Source of the DNA: an uncultured Gammaproteobacteria bacterium
Lineage (GTDB): Bacteria > Pseudomonadota > Gammaproteobacteria > UBA9214
Direction of reading: 5' to 3'
DNA length: 64,000 bases
NCBI GenBank assembly: GCA_963748215.1
Contig: CAVVHS010000002.1
Location: forward strand, 64,001-128,000
Part shown: positions 1 through 10,688 of the stretch, one piece after another
Layout: each line of letters opens with the position of its first letter
Numbering within the stretch: position 1 is the first letter of the stretch
Notes under the pieces: generated by a model
What the model was told of the DNA's origin: nothing
What the model saw: only the letters and a program-made list of their open reading frames with translations
Databases searched by the model: none
Position numbers and translations under genes: made by a program

Positions 1-311
1 TGCACTGGGACCAGGCCGCGGGCCTGGCCGCGCTGGACACCCTTGTCGAGGCGCACGAGGACGCATTGCTGGTCAATCTGTCGCGCTACCCCGAAGTCCT
101 GGAAAGCGCGGCGCTCAACCACGAACCGCACCAGCTGACGCACTACCTGCGCGAACTGGCGAACGATTTCCACACCTATTACAACGCGCACAAGTTCATC
201 ATCGATGACGATGCGCTGCGCAACGCGCGCCTGGCGTTGATCGAGGCGACCCGGCAGGTGATCGAAAACGGGCTGCGGCTGCTGGGCGTGTCCGCGCCGG
301 ACAGCATGTAG
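1..311 (+). CDS. argS: arginyl-tRNA synthetase, 3' part (runs off window)
   Basis: DALR anticodon-binding C-terminus ([21 protein letters not shown]...[13 protein letters not shown]); followed by a SPOR gene as in typical synteny. Confidence 0.95.
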   Translation, partial: HWDQAAGLAALDTLVEAHEDALLVNLSRYPEVLESAALNHEPHQLTHYLRELANDFHTYYNAHKFIIDDDALRNARLALIEATRQVIENGLRLLGVSAPDSM

Positions 312-322
312 GCCGGCGCACC

Positions 323-910
323 ATGGCACGCGACTACAAGCACCGCGCCCGCGACCGCAGGAAGAAATCCGGGCTCTCTCCCTGGGTGGGCGTGGTCTCC
401 GGCCTGCTGATCGGCCTGTTCGTCGCCTTCCTGGTCTACATCAGGATGCAGGCCGCACCGGTACAGCAGGTGTTCGTCAAGGAGACCCTTCCGCCACCGC
501 AGCAGCAGCCGGCCGAAGCGGTACGCAAGGCGGCCGAAGGCAAGCAGGCACCCGAACCGCCGCCCAAGCCACGCTTCGATTTCTACACCCTGCTGCCGGA
601 AATGGAGGTGCTCGTGCCGGAGCAGGAAATTACCGGCAAGCCCGAACAGGGCGTGCCGCAGGTCGAGGCGCCAGGCACCTATTTCCTGCAGGTCGGTTCA
701 TTCCGCAACAGTGAACAGGCCGACCGCTTCAAGGCGGAACTGGCCCTGCTCGGGCTGGAGACCGGCATCCAGAAAGTCACCATCGACAACAAGACCACGT
801 GGCACCGCGTGCGCGTCGGCCCGTTCAGCGACCTCGATGACCTGAACAAGACCCGCCGCCTGCTCAAGCAACGCGGCGTGGAGAGCACGCTGGTCAAGGT
901 CACCGGCTAG
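323..910 (+). CDS. SPOR-domain cell division protein (FtsN-like)
   Basis: N-terminal TM helix, FDFYTLLP motif, C-terminal SPOR (YFLQVGSF...WHRVRVGPF). Confidence 0.9.
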   Translation: MARDYKHRARDRRKKSGLSPWVGVVSGLLIGLFVAFLVYIRMQAAPVQQVFVKETLPPPQQQPAEAVRKAAEGKQAPEPPPKPRFDFYTLLPEMEVLVPEQEITGKPEQGVPQVEAPGTYFLQVGSFRNSEQADRFKAELALLGLETGIQKVTIDNKTTWHRVRVGPFSDLDDLNKTRRLLKQRGVESTLVKVTG

Positions 911-1146
911 CAACGGTCGTGGTCTTGCACGTCAGCAACCAGAACAAGCACCCGCAGGAGCGGAACGCGTCCACGATCATTTCATCATCCATCGCGCGAC
1001 GCACAGTGATGTGCAAGTGCCGCGAGAGGGCATGGAGCAGGTGAGACCATTTTTACGGGCATAGCCCGGTCCGAGAGACTGGCCTGGGCCATGCCTGTAG
1101 CGGCCTTGTGAAGCGCCCCTACGGCAACAGGTATACCGGGAGGGCG

Positions 1147-1527
1147 TCAGTCATCCTTCTTTTTCAGCAGGTCGGCGAGGCCGGCCAGCGCCTTGTGCGA
1201 CGTCTGCAGGCCATCACTGCCCGCGCCACCCGCGGCCGGGTCCAGCTGTTCCAGGTAGCGCGCGTGTTCGTTGTCGTGACAATACAGGCACAGCAACTCC
1301 CAGTTGCTGCCATCGGACGGGTTGTTGTCGTGGTTGTGATCGCGGTGATGCACGGTCAGTTCGTGCAGGTTGGCGCGGGTGAACTCGCGCGAGCAGCGTC
1401 CGCACACCCAGGGATAGAGTTTGAGCGCCTGTTCCCGGTACCCGGCCTCGCGTTGCGCACGGCTTTGCCGCGCCCTTGCCACGACCGAGTCCAGCTTGCC
1501 GTTACCGGGTTTTCTGTCCCGCGTCAT
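1147..1527 (-). CDS. YajD-family HNH nuclease
   Basis: YREQALKLYPWVCGRCSREF...LTVHHRDHNHDNNPSDGSNWELLCLYCHDNEH. Confidence 0.9.
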   Translation of the reverse strand: MTRDRKPGNGKLDSVVARARQSRAQREAGYREQALKLYPWVCGRCSREFTRANLHELTVHHRDHNHDNNPSDGSNWELLCLYCHDNEHARYLEQLDPAAGGAGSDGLQTSHKALAGLADLLKKKDD

Positions 1528-1537
1528 ACACTGTGCT

Positions 1538-1960
1538 TCATTTGAGCGGTTTGCAGTTGTCCACGCGCAGCCAGAGCGCACTGCAATCGTCGCCGACAGG
1601 CAGGGCCTTGATGTCTTCCGCTATCAGGCACACCGATTCACCCTTTTTTACGACCGTATTGCCGTCCCAGCTGATGTCTTCCCTGAAGGTATGCACCTCG
1701 ATGACGCCCACCGGTATGGTGTAATCCTGGTACCTGACGGTATCTCCGAGCTTGATGATATCGCCCTCGTGCTCCACCACGCCGACCATCCCCGATTTGC
1801 AGGACTGGTCCTTTCCCTGGCGCGCGTGTCTCAGCAGCACGATCTTGCCCCCGGAAACGTTAACCTCGTGTGCCGCCGCTGTGTCGTATTCGATGGCGGA
1901 TACGGACTGGCCAAGCAGCAGACCGGCCAGCAGGGCAGCACCCGGAATCTTGCCTGTCAT
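1538..1960 (-). CDS. hypothetical exported protein
   Basis: Signal-peptide-like N-terminus, AGGAG RBS, co-oriented with neighbours. Confidence 0.65.
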   Translation of the reverse strand: MTGKIPGAALLAGLLLGQSVSAIEYDTAAAHEVNVSGGKIVLLRHARQGKDQSCKSGMVGVVEHEGDIIKLGDTVRYQDYTIPVGVIEVHTFREDISWDGNTVVKKGESVCLIAEDIKALPVGDDCSALWLRVDNCKPLK

Positions 1961-2053
1961 TATTATCTCTCCTGGTCTTTTCTGTCTGACACCGGATCAC
2001 CCTGGCATGCCCCGGCGCGTATTGCACCCGGCAAGGTGGCCGGGCGTCCAACA

Positions 2054-2554
2054 CTAGGGCAATGCGGCGGGATGCGTGAACACGTAGTCGTTGTCTTTCA
2101 CCGGGGTATGACAGCCGAAACATTCCTGCACAAAACCGGCGTCCTTGCCATAGGGTACCTGCTCAATCCCCTTCCAGCGCGCAAAGCCCCAACCGCCGGT
2201 CTCCCGGTACTTGTTCGCATCCTTGACCATGAATTCGGCGTGCACGAACTCACCGGGCACCGTCGCCTGTGGCCAGGCCGTGTGCGCGGCATCCTTCCAC
2301 ACCAGCTTGCCGAGGATGGCGCCGTCCGGCCACGGCCTGGTCTGGCCGGCACGGGCCGCCGCCACGGCCGCGTCATTACCGAGGATCACGCGCAGGGTAT
2401 TGTTGTCGGTACGGTGTGACGAGCCGATCACGCGCCAGTCCCGGTAGCCTTCCGGCAGCTGGATACCGTTCGGCGCCGGTGCGGGCACCCCGCCGGCGCA
2501 CACGACGCCTGCCAGCAGCATCGCCGGCAACACACTGATATTCTTCATATTCAT
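2054..2554 (-). CDS. cytochrome P460 family protein
   Basis: Signal peptide, PEGYRDW, WPDGAILGK, FMVKD..GGWGFARW, C-terminal CFGCH heme motif. Confidence 0.9.
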   Translation of the reverse strand: MNMKNISVLPAMLLAGVVCAGGVPAPAPNGIQLPEGYRDWRVIGSSHRTDNNTLRVILGNDAAVAAARAGQTRPWPDGAILGKLVWKDAAHTAWPQATVPGEFVHAEFMVKDANKYRETGGWGFARWKGIEQVPYGKDAGFVQECFGCHTPVKDNDYVFTHPAALP

Positions 2555-2687
2555 CGCTTATCTCCCACTGTTGTCACCTGCCGCGCACGCCGGCAGGATA
2601 GCATCGCCAGCCGCCTCGGCATCCGCCTGCACGTGTCAGTTATGACCGGCAATGCCCGGTAAAAATCCACGCCCCTGCCGGCCGCGC

Positions 2688-3434
2688 TCAATCCTCAAGC
2701 TTCTTGTGCAGCCGCACCGGCTCTGCCAGGCGCTTGCGCATGCGCAGGTTGAGCATTTCAACGGCGACCGAGAACGCCATGGCGAAATAGATATAGCCCT
2801 TCGGCACGTGCACGTCGAAGCCCTCCACCATCAGGGTTACACCCACCATGATCAGGAACGACAGGGCGAGGATCTTGATAGTCGGGTGTTCATCGACGAA
2901 ATCGCCGATCGGTTTGGCGGCGAACAGCATAACGGCCACGGACAGGATGATAGCGATCGCCATAATCGAGACATGGCTGGCCAGGCCCACGGCGGTAATC
3001 ACCGAGTCCAGCGAAAAGATGATATCGAGCACCGCGATCTGGAACAGCACCGCGCCCATGCCCGCTACGGCGCCACCGGCTTGTGTGTGTTCGGTTTCGC
3101 CCTCCAGGCTGTTGTGGATTTCGAAGGTGGCCTTGGCCAGCAGGAACAGACCGCCGCCGATCAGGATGATATCGCGCCCGGAGATCGCCTCGCCGAGTAC
3201 GGTGAACCAGGGCTCGGTCAGGCCGACCACCCAGGCAATCGAGAACAGCAGGCCCAGTCGCGTAAGCATGGCCAGCGCCAGCCCGATTGTGCGCGCAAAG
3301 TTGCGCTGGTGCATCGGCAGCCGCCCCACCAGGATCGAGATAAAGATGATGTTGTCGATCCCGAGCACAATTTCCAGGGCCGTGAGTGTGCCCAGTGCAA
3401 TCCATGCCTCGGGACTGGAAAACCATTCAAACAT
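2688..3434 (-). CDS. TerC family membrane protein
   Basis: LEIVLGIDNIIFISIL, DIIFSLDSVITAVG, PKGYIYFAMAFS. Confidence 0.95.
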   Translation of the reverse strand: MFEWFSSPEAWIALGTLTALEIVLGIDNIIFISILVGRLPMHQRNFARTIGLALAMLTRLGLLFSIAWVVGLTEPWFTVLGEAISGRDIILIGGGLFLLAKATFEIHNSLEGETEHTQAGGAVAGMGAVLFQIAVLDIIFSLDSVITAVGLASHVSIMAIAIILSVAVMLFAAKPIGDFVDEHPTIKILALSFLIMVGVTLMVEGFDVHVPKGYIYFAMAFSVAVEMLNLRMRKRLAEPVRLHKKLED

Positions 3435-3469
3435 CCGCTGACTCCCTCGTCTTGCTGGTTAGCGGCGCT

Positions 3470-4057
3470 TTACGATACGCCGTTCTTTACTGCCGGCATG
3501 CCCGTACCGAACAGTACCGGCGCGGCGGCGATGCGCGCGCACAGCCTGCCCTGGCGGTGGTGCGGCGCCCAGTTGAGCAGGAACGTGGCCAGCGCATTCC
3601 ACAGCGCCACCCAGGCGGCGACGGTCAGCCCCTCGGCAAACACCCGCGCGACGACCGATTCGCTGTGCTCGATGTACAGGTTTGTCCTGACCGCGAGGGT
3701 CAGGATCGCCAGGCCCGCCAGCAACAGGATAAACGAAGCCCGGAACATACGCTTGATTTCACGTGTTTCCAGGTGCCCGAGATAGTTAAAATAGGTGCTG
3801 ATACTCTGGCACACGCGCGACGTGCCTTCATCGTCGACCGGTTTTGCGAAACTGAAACGGATGCCGAACGGCTCCTTGCCGATCTCGCGCACCGACTCGA
3901 CCAGGTACTCGACCAGGTCCGGCTCCAGGTCCTTTTTCAGGAAGTGCGCGGTGTTGTCAAAATCGCTGTACAGTTCCTCGACCCGGTTGGCGGCGATATC
4001 GATGATCAGCATGCCCTCGTCGGAGCGTGAGTAGCGATCGAGAATGTGCGTATCCAT
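3470..4057 (-). CDS. hypothetical protein with two C-terminal TM helices
   Basis: 195-aa ORF; EGLTVAAWVALW TM motif. Confidence 0.7.
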   Translation of the reverse strand: MDTHILDRYSRSDEGMLIIDIAANRVEELYSDFDNTAHFLKKDLEPDLVEYLVESVREIGKEPFGIRFSFAKPVDDEGTSRVCQSISTYFNYLGHLETREIKRMFRASFILLLAGLAILTLAVRTNLYIEHSESVVARVFAEGLTVAAWVALWNALATFLLNWAPHHRQGRLCARIAAAPVLFGTGMPAVKNGVS

Positions 4058-4169
4058 GCCGGCTCATCCAGTCTGCTCAACAGTGCGCAGATAGTAAACC
4101 GGATGAAAGGCATAGTACATTGGCGCAACGGCCTGCAGGTGGCACTGCAGGACAACCGGCGGGTCTGCG

Positions 4170-4796
4170 TTAATGTGTTGTCAGCAGCAGCTTCACCGCC
4201 AGGCCGCCCAGCACTACCCCCGCAACACGCTGCATCAGCAATTGTGCCGCGGGCGTTCGGCCAAGCCACACGCCCAACCGGCCTGCCAGCAATGCAATCA
4301 CACCGAATACCAGCAACGTCGCCAGCATGAACAGGGCACCCAGCAGCACGATCTGGCCGGCGACCGGCCCGTGTGCCGGACTCGCGAATTGCGGCAGGAA
4401 GGCGAGAAAGAACACGGCCACCTTGGGATTGCTCACGTTCATGATGATGCCGCACCGGTAATACCCGGCGGCCGTCAGGCGTGCGGCCGGGCGCGCGCCG
4501 TCGCCTTGCGTATCAGCACGAAATGCCCGCCAGGCAAGGTACAACAGGTACAGCGCACCGAGTATTTTCAGGATATTGAAGGCGGTGGTCGATGCCAGCA
4601 CCAGCGCAGCGATACCGAACGCGACCGCGGCGGTATGCACCAGCAGACCGGTGCACAGCCCGAGGGTGATGCAAAGGCCGGCGTTGCGGCCATACAGCGC
4701 CGACTGGGCCAGCACGAACAGGTTGTCCGGGCCGGGAGCCAGCGCCAGCAGCACGGAGGCAATGAAAAACGTCAGCAGCGCGTCGACGGGTGGCAT
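4170..4796 (-). CDS. LysE/RhtB family translocator
   Basis: LALAPGPDNLFVL, GALYLLYLAW, NVSNPKVAVFFLAFLPQF. Confidence 0.92.
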   Translation of the reverse strand: MPPVDALLTFFIASVLLALAPGPDNLFVLAQSALYGRNAGLCITLGLCTGLLVHTAAVAFGIAALVLASTTAFNILKILGALYLLYLAWRAFRADTQGDGARPAARLTAAGYYRCGIIMNVSNPKVAVFFLAFLPQFASPAHGPVAGQIVLLGALFMLATLLVFGVIALLAGRLGVWLGRTPAAQLLMQRVAGVVLGGLAVKLLLTTH

Positions 4797-4813
4797 GCGT
4801 GCCCTACCTGCCG

Positions 4814-5134
4814 CTACGGAAGGTAGTCGGCATCCGGCCAGGCCGACTGGATTTCTCCCGCCTGCTGTTCGGCAGTAAAACGCTCCCAGGCAATGCCATT
4901 GACATCGGTTTCCACCGTGAACGCCTCGCACGCCGCGTCTTCCCAGCCCAGGTGCCTGAGCTGGCCGGCCATGCCAGCGGCAACCCGGCGTATGGACAGG
5001 TTGATCGTGTCCGTGCGCCACAACGCATAGTCACCGGATACCACGACGACCGGCGGCGCCCCGAGCCGCCGGGTATAGTCCGTCACCGAGGCGGCGATAT
5101 CGATCACGCCGATGGCAATGTGGATTCTGCGCAT
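4814..5134 (-). CDS. VOC/glyoxalase-like protein
   Basis: RIHIAIGV, LRHLGWE, TDVNGIAWE. Confidence 0.7.
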   Translation of the reverse strand: MRRIHIAIGVIDIAASVTDYTRRLGAPPVVVVSGDYALWRTDTINLSIRRVAAGMAGQLRHLGWEDAACEAFTVETDVNGIAWERFTAEQQAGEIQSAWPDADYLP

Positions 5135-5240
5135 ATGTCAGCCAGGGTTCTTGTCACGGGGAATCCGCATGATTCATCTTTTGTCATTCCGGCGCAAGCG
5201 GCATGGCGAATGGCCAGGGATTTTTGCTGCTTGTTGAAAT

Positions 5241-5545
5241 AGCCACGGAAAAACACGGCAAGATAAGAATTCATGAGGGGGCGCAGGGTGCGTTTTACGC
5301 GCCGGCAACGGTGCACGGAGTGCACCCTACACTATCTATTGGGTGTAGGAGCGCATCTCATGCGCGATGATAATGGCCACGGAAGCACACGGAACTACAC
5401 AGGATTCGTTTGTTCCTTTCCGCGCACATCCCTGGCCTGTTCTGTCACGCAGCCTGACTCGATTCGATATCATCCTCACGCTCAGCGTGACAAAGGCAAT
5501 GCCTTATTTTTCCGTGCTCCTCCGTGTGCTTCCGTGGCTATTATA
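5241..5545. repeat. composite intergenic repeat cluster (CCACGGAA-type repeats, GTAGGGTGC REP doublet, GTAGGAGCG REP)
   Basis: gcagggtgcgttttacgcgcc..ggtgcacggagtgcaccctac; gtaggagcgcatctcatgcgcgat; ccacggaagcacacgga and inverse tccgtgtgcttccgtggc; same motifs recur at 39.4-39.8 and 42.2-42.6 kb. Confidence 0.75.
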
Positions 5546-5613
5546 TTGAGTGCAGGTGATCGGGACACAGGCGACTCATAGCAAGCGCCTCCGCTATTTG
5601 TTGACACACAGCA

Positions 5614-5925
5614 TCAGTAGCCCAGGAACAGCAGTGTACCGGCCAGTCCGGCGAGCATGATCAGCGCCGGCGCGATGCCGCAGACGCGGGCCGGCGCTGA
5701 CAGCACATCGAACACGTGGATGGTCTGCGCCAGCAGGTAGAGCGCCAGCAGGGTCGTGAACAGCAGCATGGCAAGAAACACCAGCGAGGCAGTTGCCGCG
5801 GCCGCGAAGCCTTCGTCAGGCGGCACGAAGCGCGGCACGACAAAGGCGGCCAGCAACAGGATGCCGCACCACCCGGCCAGACGGTAGATCGGTCTTTCGA
5901 TGTCGTTTTGCGTCGGGCGTTTCAT
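5614..5925 (-). CDS. small membrane protein
   Basis: Three hydrophobic segments; last of four tightly packed co-oriented ORFs. Confidence 0.65.
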   Translation of the reverse strand: MKRPTQNDIERPIYRLAGWCGILLLAAFVVPRFVPPDEGFAAAATASLVFLAMLLFTTLLALYLLAQTIHVFDVLSAPARVCGIAPALIMLAGLAGTLLFLGY

Positions 5926-5929
5926 GGTG

Positions 5930-6235
5930 TTAAAAGATGATCAGTGCCAGCCCGATCAGGAACCCCGGCACTGGAAACACCCATATCAGGATCCGTTCGG
6001 GAAATGCCTTCCTGCCGGTCAATACGCTGCCCCGGACATTCTGTATCCTGACCAGTACACCCAGCAAATAGAAAGCCAGCAGGGTAACAGCCAGCACCAC
6101 GACTGGGTTGGCGGAAGCGAAGGTGCCGAAGTGCCTGAACAGCAGCCATTGCAGCAGCCCGGACAGGCCCGCCATGGCCATCCAGGACAGCTCGTCCTTC
6201 CAGTTCATGCGGTCGGTCGTTTCATCGAAGCTCAT
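5930..6235 (-). CDS. small membrane protein
   Basis: Hydrophobic ORF; ATGA overlap with upstream stop. Confidence 0.65.
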   Translation of the reverse strand: MSFDETTDRMNWKDELSWMAMAGLSGLLQWLLFRHFGTFASANPVVVLAVTLLAFYLLGVLVRIQNVRGSVLTGRKAFPERILIWVFPVPGFLIGLALIIF

Positions 6236-6603
6236 GACCCGAACAGGCGCTCGCCGATCTCCATTCCCGCAGCGGCCAGCACCAGCCACGCCAGCGACGC
6301 CAGCAGGAACAGCCCGAATGCACGCAGCCCGCGCCGAGCGCCCCTGGAACGGAACAGATACCAGGGAATGGCGAAGACTCCCGCGGCCACGACCATCGCG
6401 TTCAGCAGTGGCGTGCGCCGGTACGTATGTTCGTCCGAATCGATGTAATACCAGGTAAACACCAGGATTGCACAGAACAGCGACAGCGCCAGGTTAAACC
6501 ACATGAAGCCGCTGTCCGGGGTGCCGAACAGCGGATCCACCAACCCGGCAAGCAGCGCAGACAGCCCGAGCACTACCAGCACCAGAGTCTTGCCACGCAT
6601 CAT
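6232..6603 (-). CDS. small membrane protein
   Basis: Four TM segments; IPWYLFRSRG motif; ATGA coupling. Confidence 0.7.
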   Translation of the reverse strand: MMRGKTLVLVVLGLSALLAGLVDPLFGTPDSGFMWFNLALSLFCAILVFTWYYIDSDEHTYRRTPLLNAMVVAAGVFAIPWYLFRSRGARRGLRAFGLFLLASLAWLVLAAAGMEIGERLFGS

Positions 6604-6980
6604 CTCTTGCCCGTAATTCTATCGACTGCGCCGGCACCGGTCGCAGGCTGGCACAGGTTCCGGATGATGAACTGGTAGCGCCGTTCGTTCCTGATACTCT
6701 GGTGCAGGAACAGCAGCATGACGGCGAGGACGAAAAACAGCACGCTGATCACAATGGGGAGAAACACGGCCGAGAGTTGCATGATATCGGCGGACAGCGT
6801 GTCAGCACTGACGGCATCGATGACGAAGGAGGCATTGGCCAGCGCAGGATGTTTCAGGAACAGGAACAACCAGGTGCCCGCCAGCAGGAGCAGCGTGAAC
6901 AGGAGCACCAGCGGCCACCAGCGGACCAGCTGGCGGCGCCTGTCGATGAAGTCCATTTCAGCTTCGTTCAGTTGTTTCAT
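6600..6980 (-). CDS. small membrane protein
   Basis: Two TM segments; GGGG RBS before ATG 6980. Confidence 0.65.
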   Translation of the reverse strand: MKQLNEAEMDFIDRRRQLVRWWPLVLLFTLLLLAGTWLFLFLKHPALANASFVIDAVSADTLSADIMQLSAVFLPIVISVLFFVLAVMLLFLHQSIRNERRYQFIIRNLCQPATGAGAVDRITGKR

Positions 6981-7098
6981 GGCAATAGCCCCTGACGGTG
7001 TGATCGAATGACTGCAAAGCTCATGTCGAATAGTACCGGCCGGCAATCAATCTGAAAACAGCAGCAGCATTCCACATCTGCGTGGCAGCATGTCATGA

Positions 7099-7130
7099 CC
7101 CCGGGTTTCGCTACGCTCAACCCGGGCTGC
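7099..7130. repeat. REP-like palindrome
   Basis: cccgggtttcgctacgctcaacccgggctgc hairpin in intergenic DNA. Confidence 0.5.
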
Positions 7131-7279
7131 ATGGAACTGAAGCATGATTTCTCTGGGTACCCGGCATGATCTGTGACGAGCATGTCACCGCCTTTCTACT
7201 TGCCTTTGCGTCTGCGCGCAAAATTTGTAATGTAGCTCACGAACCTGCCCGCCAGCCGCGTGGCGGTGGATTGCGCCGG

Positions 7280-8551
7280 TCATTGCCGGCCGCCCTGATC
7301 GCTTGCCCCGGCGCTATGCGTGGCATTCGTACCGGGACGGTACAGCAACAAACCTGCCACCGCGGCGGCGGCAAATACTGCGCCTGCGACAAACGTGGCC
7401 ACAGCACCGTACACGCTCCATAACAGGCCCGCGATCAGGCTGGCCAGCAGCAGCGCACCGCCGCTGACCAGATTGAAAATACCGAACGCCGTGCCGCGCA
7501 GCCCGGCCGGCGCGGTGTCGGCCACCAGCTTGGAAAGCAGGCCCTGGGTGAAGGCCATGTGCAGCCCCCACAACGCCGCGCCGATGAAGGCCTGCACGGG
7601 CGATGCAGCCAGTGCCAGCACCGCGTCGGCGGCAATCAAAACGACAAGCCCGGACACGAGCAGCGTGCGCGGTGCCAGCGCATCGGCGGCAGCGCCGGCG
7701 GGATAGGCGAACACGGCATAGACGGCATTCATGACGACCATGATCAGCGGCACATAGCCGATGGCCAGCCCGACATCCTGCGCGCGCAGGATCAGGAACG
7801 CCTCGCTGAAACGGGCCAGCGTAAATACCGCGCCCAGCGCGACCACCAGCCAGTAGCGCAGCGACAGCTGCCGTACGGCGACCAGTGACAGGCCATTGCG
7901 CGCCGCGACTTCGTGCGGCGCGGCCGCAGGCTCGCGCACCGCGAGCACCAGCACCGTGACGGCCAGCACTGCCGGAATTACCGCAAGCCACAACACCGCC
8001 TTGATATCGCCCGCCAGCCAGATCATGAACAGTACGGCCAGCAATGGCCCGATGAAAGCACCCAGCGTATCGAGCGCCTGGCGCAGGCCGTAGGCCGCCC
8101 CGCGCAGACGTGACGGCACGATATCCGCGACCAGCGCATCGCGCGGCGCACCGCGAATGCCCTTGCCGACGCGGTCGACAAAGCGGGCCGCAAATACCCA
8201 GCCGATCGTTGTCGCCAGCGGAAACACCGGCTTGGTAATCGCAGCCAGGCCGTAGCCGATAACAAGCAGCAACTTGCGCCTGCCGAGGTAGTCGCTGAGT
8301 GCACCGGAGAATACCCGGGTGACCGAGGCCGTGGCCTCGGCGATGCCCTCGATCATGCCGATTGTCAGCATGGAGGCGCCCAGCACGCTGCTCATGAACA
8401 CCGGCAGCAGGCTGTGGATCAGCTCCGAGGAAATATCCATCAGCAGCGAGACGCAGCCCAGCGCCCAGATACTGCCGGGCAAGGCGCGCAGACTGCGCAT
8501 GCCCGATGGCGGGCTGACGGGATCCTGTTGCGACGGTGCGTTCATGGACAC
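7280..8551 (-). CDS. MFS transporter
   Basis: GALSDYLGRRK motif A, DRVGKGIRGAPRDA, about 12 TM helices. Confidence 0.95.
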   Translation of the reverse strand: MSMNAPSQQDPVSPPSGMRSLRALPGSIWALGCVSLLMDISSELIHSLLPVFMSSVLGASMLTIGMIEGIAEATASVTRVFSGALSDYLGRRKLLLVIGYGLAAITKPVFPLATTIGWVFAARFVDRVGKGIRGAPRDALVADIVPSRLRGAAYGLRQALDTLGAFIGPLLAVLFMIWLAGDIKAVLWLAVIPAVLAVTVLVLAVREPAAAPHEVAARNGLSLVAVRQLSLRYWLVVALGAVFTLARFSEAFLILRAQDVGLAIGYVPLIMVVMNAVYAVFAYPAGAAADALAPRTLLVSGLVVLIAADAVLALAASPVQAFIGAALWGLHMAFTQGLLSKLVADTAPAGLRGTAFGIFNLVSGGALLLASLIAGLLWSVYGAVATFVAGAVFAAAAVAGLLLYRPGTNATHSAGASDQGGRQ

Positions 8552-8662
8552 TCGCGGCCGCGACTACGCCGACGGCAATGCCGGCGGGTCAGCGTTGGCA
8601 GCGGAAAAGTTGCCGGTGCAAACAGCCGGGTACACATGTCAACGCCAGCGGGAGACTCACCG

Positions 8663-9016
8663 TTATGCCGTATTGCTCTTCTCGCTCTGCCACGGCCAGC
8701 GGCCTTCCACCTCGAGGTGCAGCGTCACGCTCAGGAAAGAACGGATCAGGATAATCAGGCCTAGAATGGCAATGTTTTCCAGCGTGTCGGCGACCACTAC
8801 GGTGCGGATGATATCGCCGGCGATGAGAAACTCGAGCCCGAGGATAATGGAACGTCCCAGCTCCCGCCGGTAGCTTCGGTATGCCACCCCTTCCTCCTGC
8901 CGGCGAAATGTGCGCAGGAAAGTCACCGTGGACACGCACGAGCCGAGAATGATCACCAGCACGCCGACCGCCTCGACGGCATAACCTGCAAACGAGATCA
9001 AATCGGTGAATTGCAT
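8663..9016 (-). CDS. DUF1622 family membrane protein
   Basis: LGRSIILGLEFLIAGDIIRTV...IRSFLSVTLHLEVEGRWPW. Confidence 0.88.
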   Translation of the reverse strand: MQFTDLISFAGYAVEAVGVLVIILGSCVSTVTFLRTFRRQEEGVAYRSYRRELGRSIILGLEFLIAGDIIRTVVVADTLENIAILGLIILIRSFLSVTLHLEVEGRWPWQSEKSNTA

Positions 9017-9211
9017 GGTGTGTCTTCCCCTGCCTGTGTGTACTACCGGACCTGCGCGGAACGGTCAGCGGCGAATCCTGAATGTCGAGCCGTTGAAGCG
9101 TGGCCCTTGCAGCACATTAATCGCATAACTCGCGGCACGGTTCAATGATGCAGGGCAATACTGACAGCCAGGCAATGACTACGGAGCCTGCGAACAGGGC
9201 CGGGACCTGCC

Positions 9212-9913
9212 TCACGTCTGCTGCAGGTGCTGCAGGCGTATGGAAAACACGATGCCGGAAGTGACTTCCGCCCGGCTCAGCAGATGGCGTCCTGCACCCT
9301 GTTGCTGCACGCGCAGGAAATGAAAACCCGCGGCGGGTATGGCGATATCGTGAACATACTCGTCCTGGTCTAGATACAGGGTACCCGACAGGACACAGGC
9401 CCTGTCGAAATACATGAGGATCAGGTGCTCCCGGGTAGTGGCGTCGATAAAGCCGCCTTCGCCCAGCGGTTCGAGCGTTTTCGCATCGAAGGGAAAGGTG
9501 CCTATTCTCGCAAGCCGGGCCTGGGCCGGCCTGATGGTCAGCCCGGCTGTTTTCGCAACCGTCTGCAGGAGGGTCGCCCCGTCCTGCAGGCCCGGCAGGG
9601 CATTTCCCAGCTCCAGCTGCAGCTCACTCCGGGGGGTAAGCAGGTGGGTGAACAGCAACTCGCTGCCGGGGCTGCCGAATATCTGCCCGGGGACATAGGG
9701 AAATACCAGGACGATGTGCCTGGGCTGGAATCGCGCGTCAACCAGTAGATTGTTCTCGTCGACATACTCAACGGTTGCCCGCACCACAGTCAGGCTTCCG
9801 GCATGCCGCAGGACCGGACCGCCCGCACAACCGCACAGCAGGGCTGACAGCAACAGCACTGCGATGATCCCTGCATGAACAGGCTGAAACAGCAGTACAT
9901 TTCCGCTTTTCAC
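9212..9913 (-). CDS. hypothetical lipoprotein
   Basis: Lipobox-like LCGC after hydrophobic leader. Confidence 0.6.
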   Translation of the reverse strand: MKSGNVLLFQPVHAGIIAVLLLSALLCGCAGGPVLRHAGSLTVVRATVEYVDENNLLVDARFQPRHIVLVFPYVPGQIFGSPGSELLFTHLLTPRSELQLELGNALPGLQDGATLLQTVAKTAGLTIRPAQARLARIGTFPFDAKTLEPLGEGGFIDATTREHLILMYFDRACVLSGTLYLDQDEYVHDIAIPAAGFHFLRVQQQGAGRHLLSRAEVTSGIVFSIRLQHLQQT

Positions 9914-10190
9914 GTCAATGCCCCCCGGTTCAGGCTGTTCCCGGTCACAGCGGGTCGCAGCACGGAAACAGCACGACCGCCCCGGCCCGGCAGCAAGCCG
10001 GCCAGCACCGCCGGAATCAGGATCGCGTAGATAGCTTTCATTTCGCGTGTTTGATCACATGCCCGGCATGCGGGCGTACCATGCTGAAAGACGACGCTAT
10101 CCCTGCAGCTATCGTAAGGCGCACGGGACGGTACCAACAGGCCACCCCGGCAGAACACGATCCGGGCCTGCCGTCACATCACCCCTGGCA

Positions 10191-10688
10191 TCAGGCTAGC
10201 AACAGCGGGTTGAGCCTCCAGACGGCAAGAGTGAGCAGCGCGGCAAAGCTCACCCAGGCCAGGTACGGAAGCAGCAGGATTCCGGCAAGCGGACGCACGC
10301 GCCAGAAGGTGATAATCGTGCCGACGATAAGCACCCAGAGCAGAATGATTTCGGCAAATGCCAGCGCGCCCTTGCGCCAGGCGAAAAACAGCCAGGTCCA
10401 AAGCGAATTCGCGGCCAGCTGTATGATAAACAGCCAGAGCGCGATCCGCGCGCCACGGAAGCCTTCCGCCCGCCAGACCAGCCAGGCGGCAATACCCATG
10501 GACAGGTAGAGCAGGCTCCACACCGGGGCGAACAACCCTGCGGGCGGCGCCCATGCGGGACGGACCAGTTGTCCATAAAAGTCACCGGCAGTTGCGGACG
10601 CGAGACCACCGCTTGCGGCGGCCGCGAAGACCAGCGCAAGCCACGCCAGGAGACCGTAGATTTGCCTGTTCAGTGCACGATTGGTCAC
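10191..10688 (-). CDS. tspO: TspO/MBR tryptophan-rich sensory protein
   Basis: LVRPAWAPP..FAPVWSLLY, NSLWTWLFF, LLPYLAWVSFA. Confidence 0.92.
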   Translation of the reverse strand: MTNRALNRQIYGLLAWLALVFAAAASGGLASATAGDFYGQLVRPAWAPPAGLFAPVWSLLYLSMGIAAWLVWRAEGFRGARIALWLFIIQLAANSLWTWLFFAWRKGALAFAEIILLWVLIVGTIITFWRVRPLAGILLLPYLAWVSFAALLTLAVWRLNPLLLA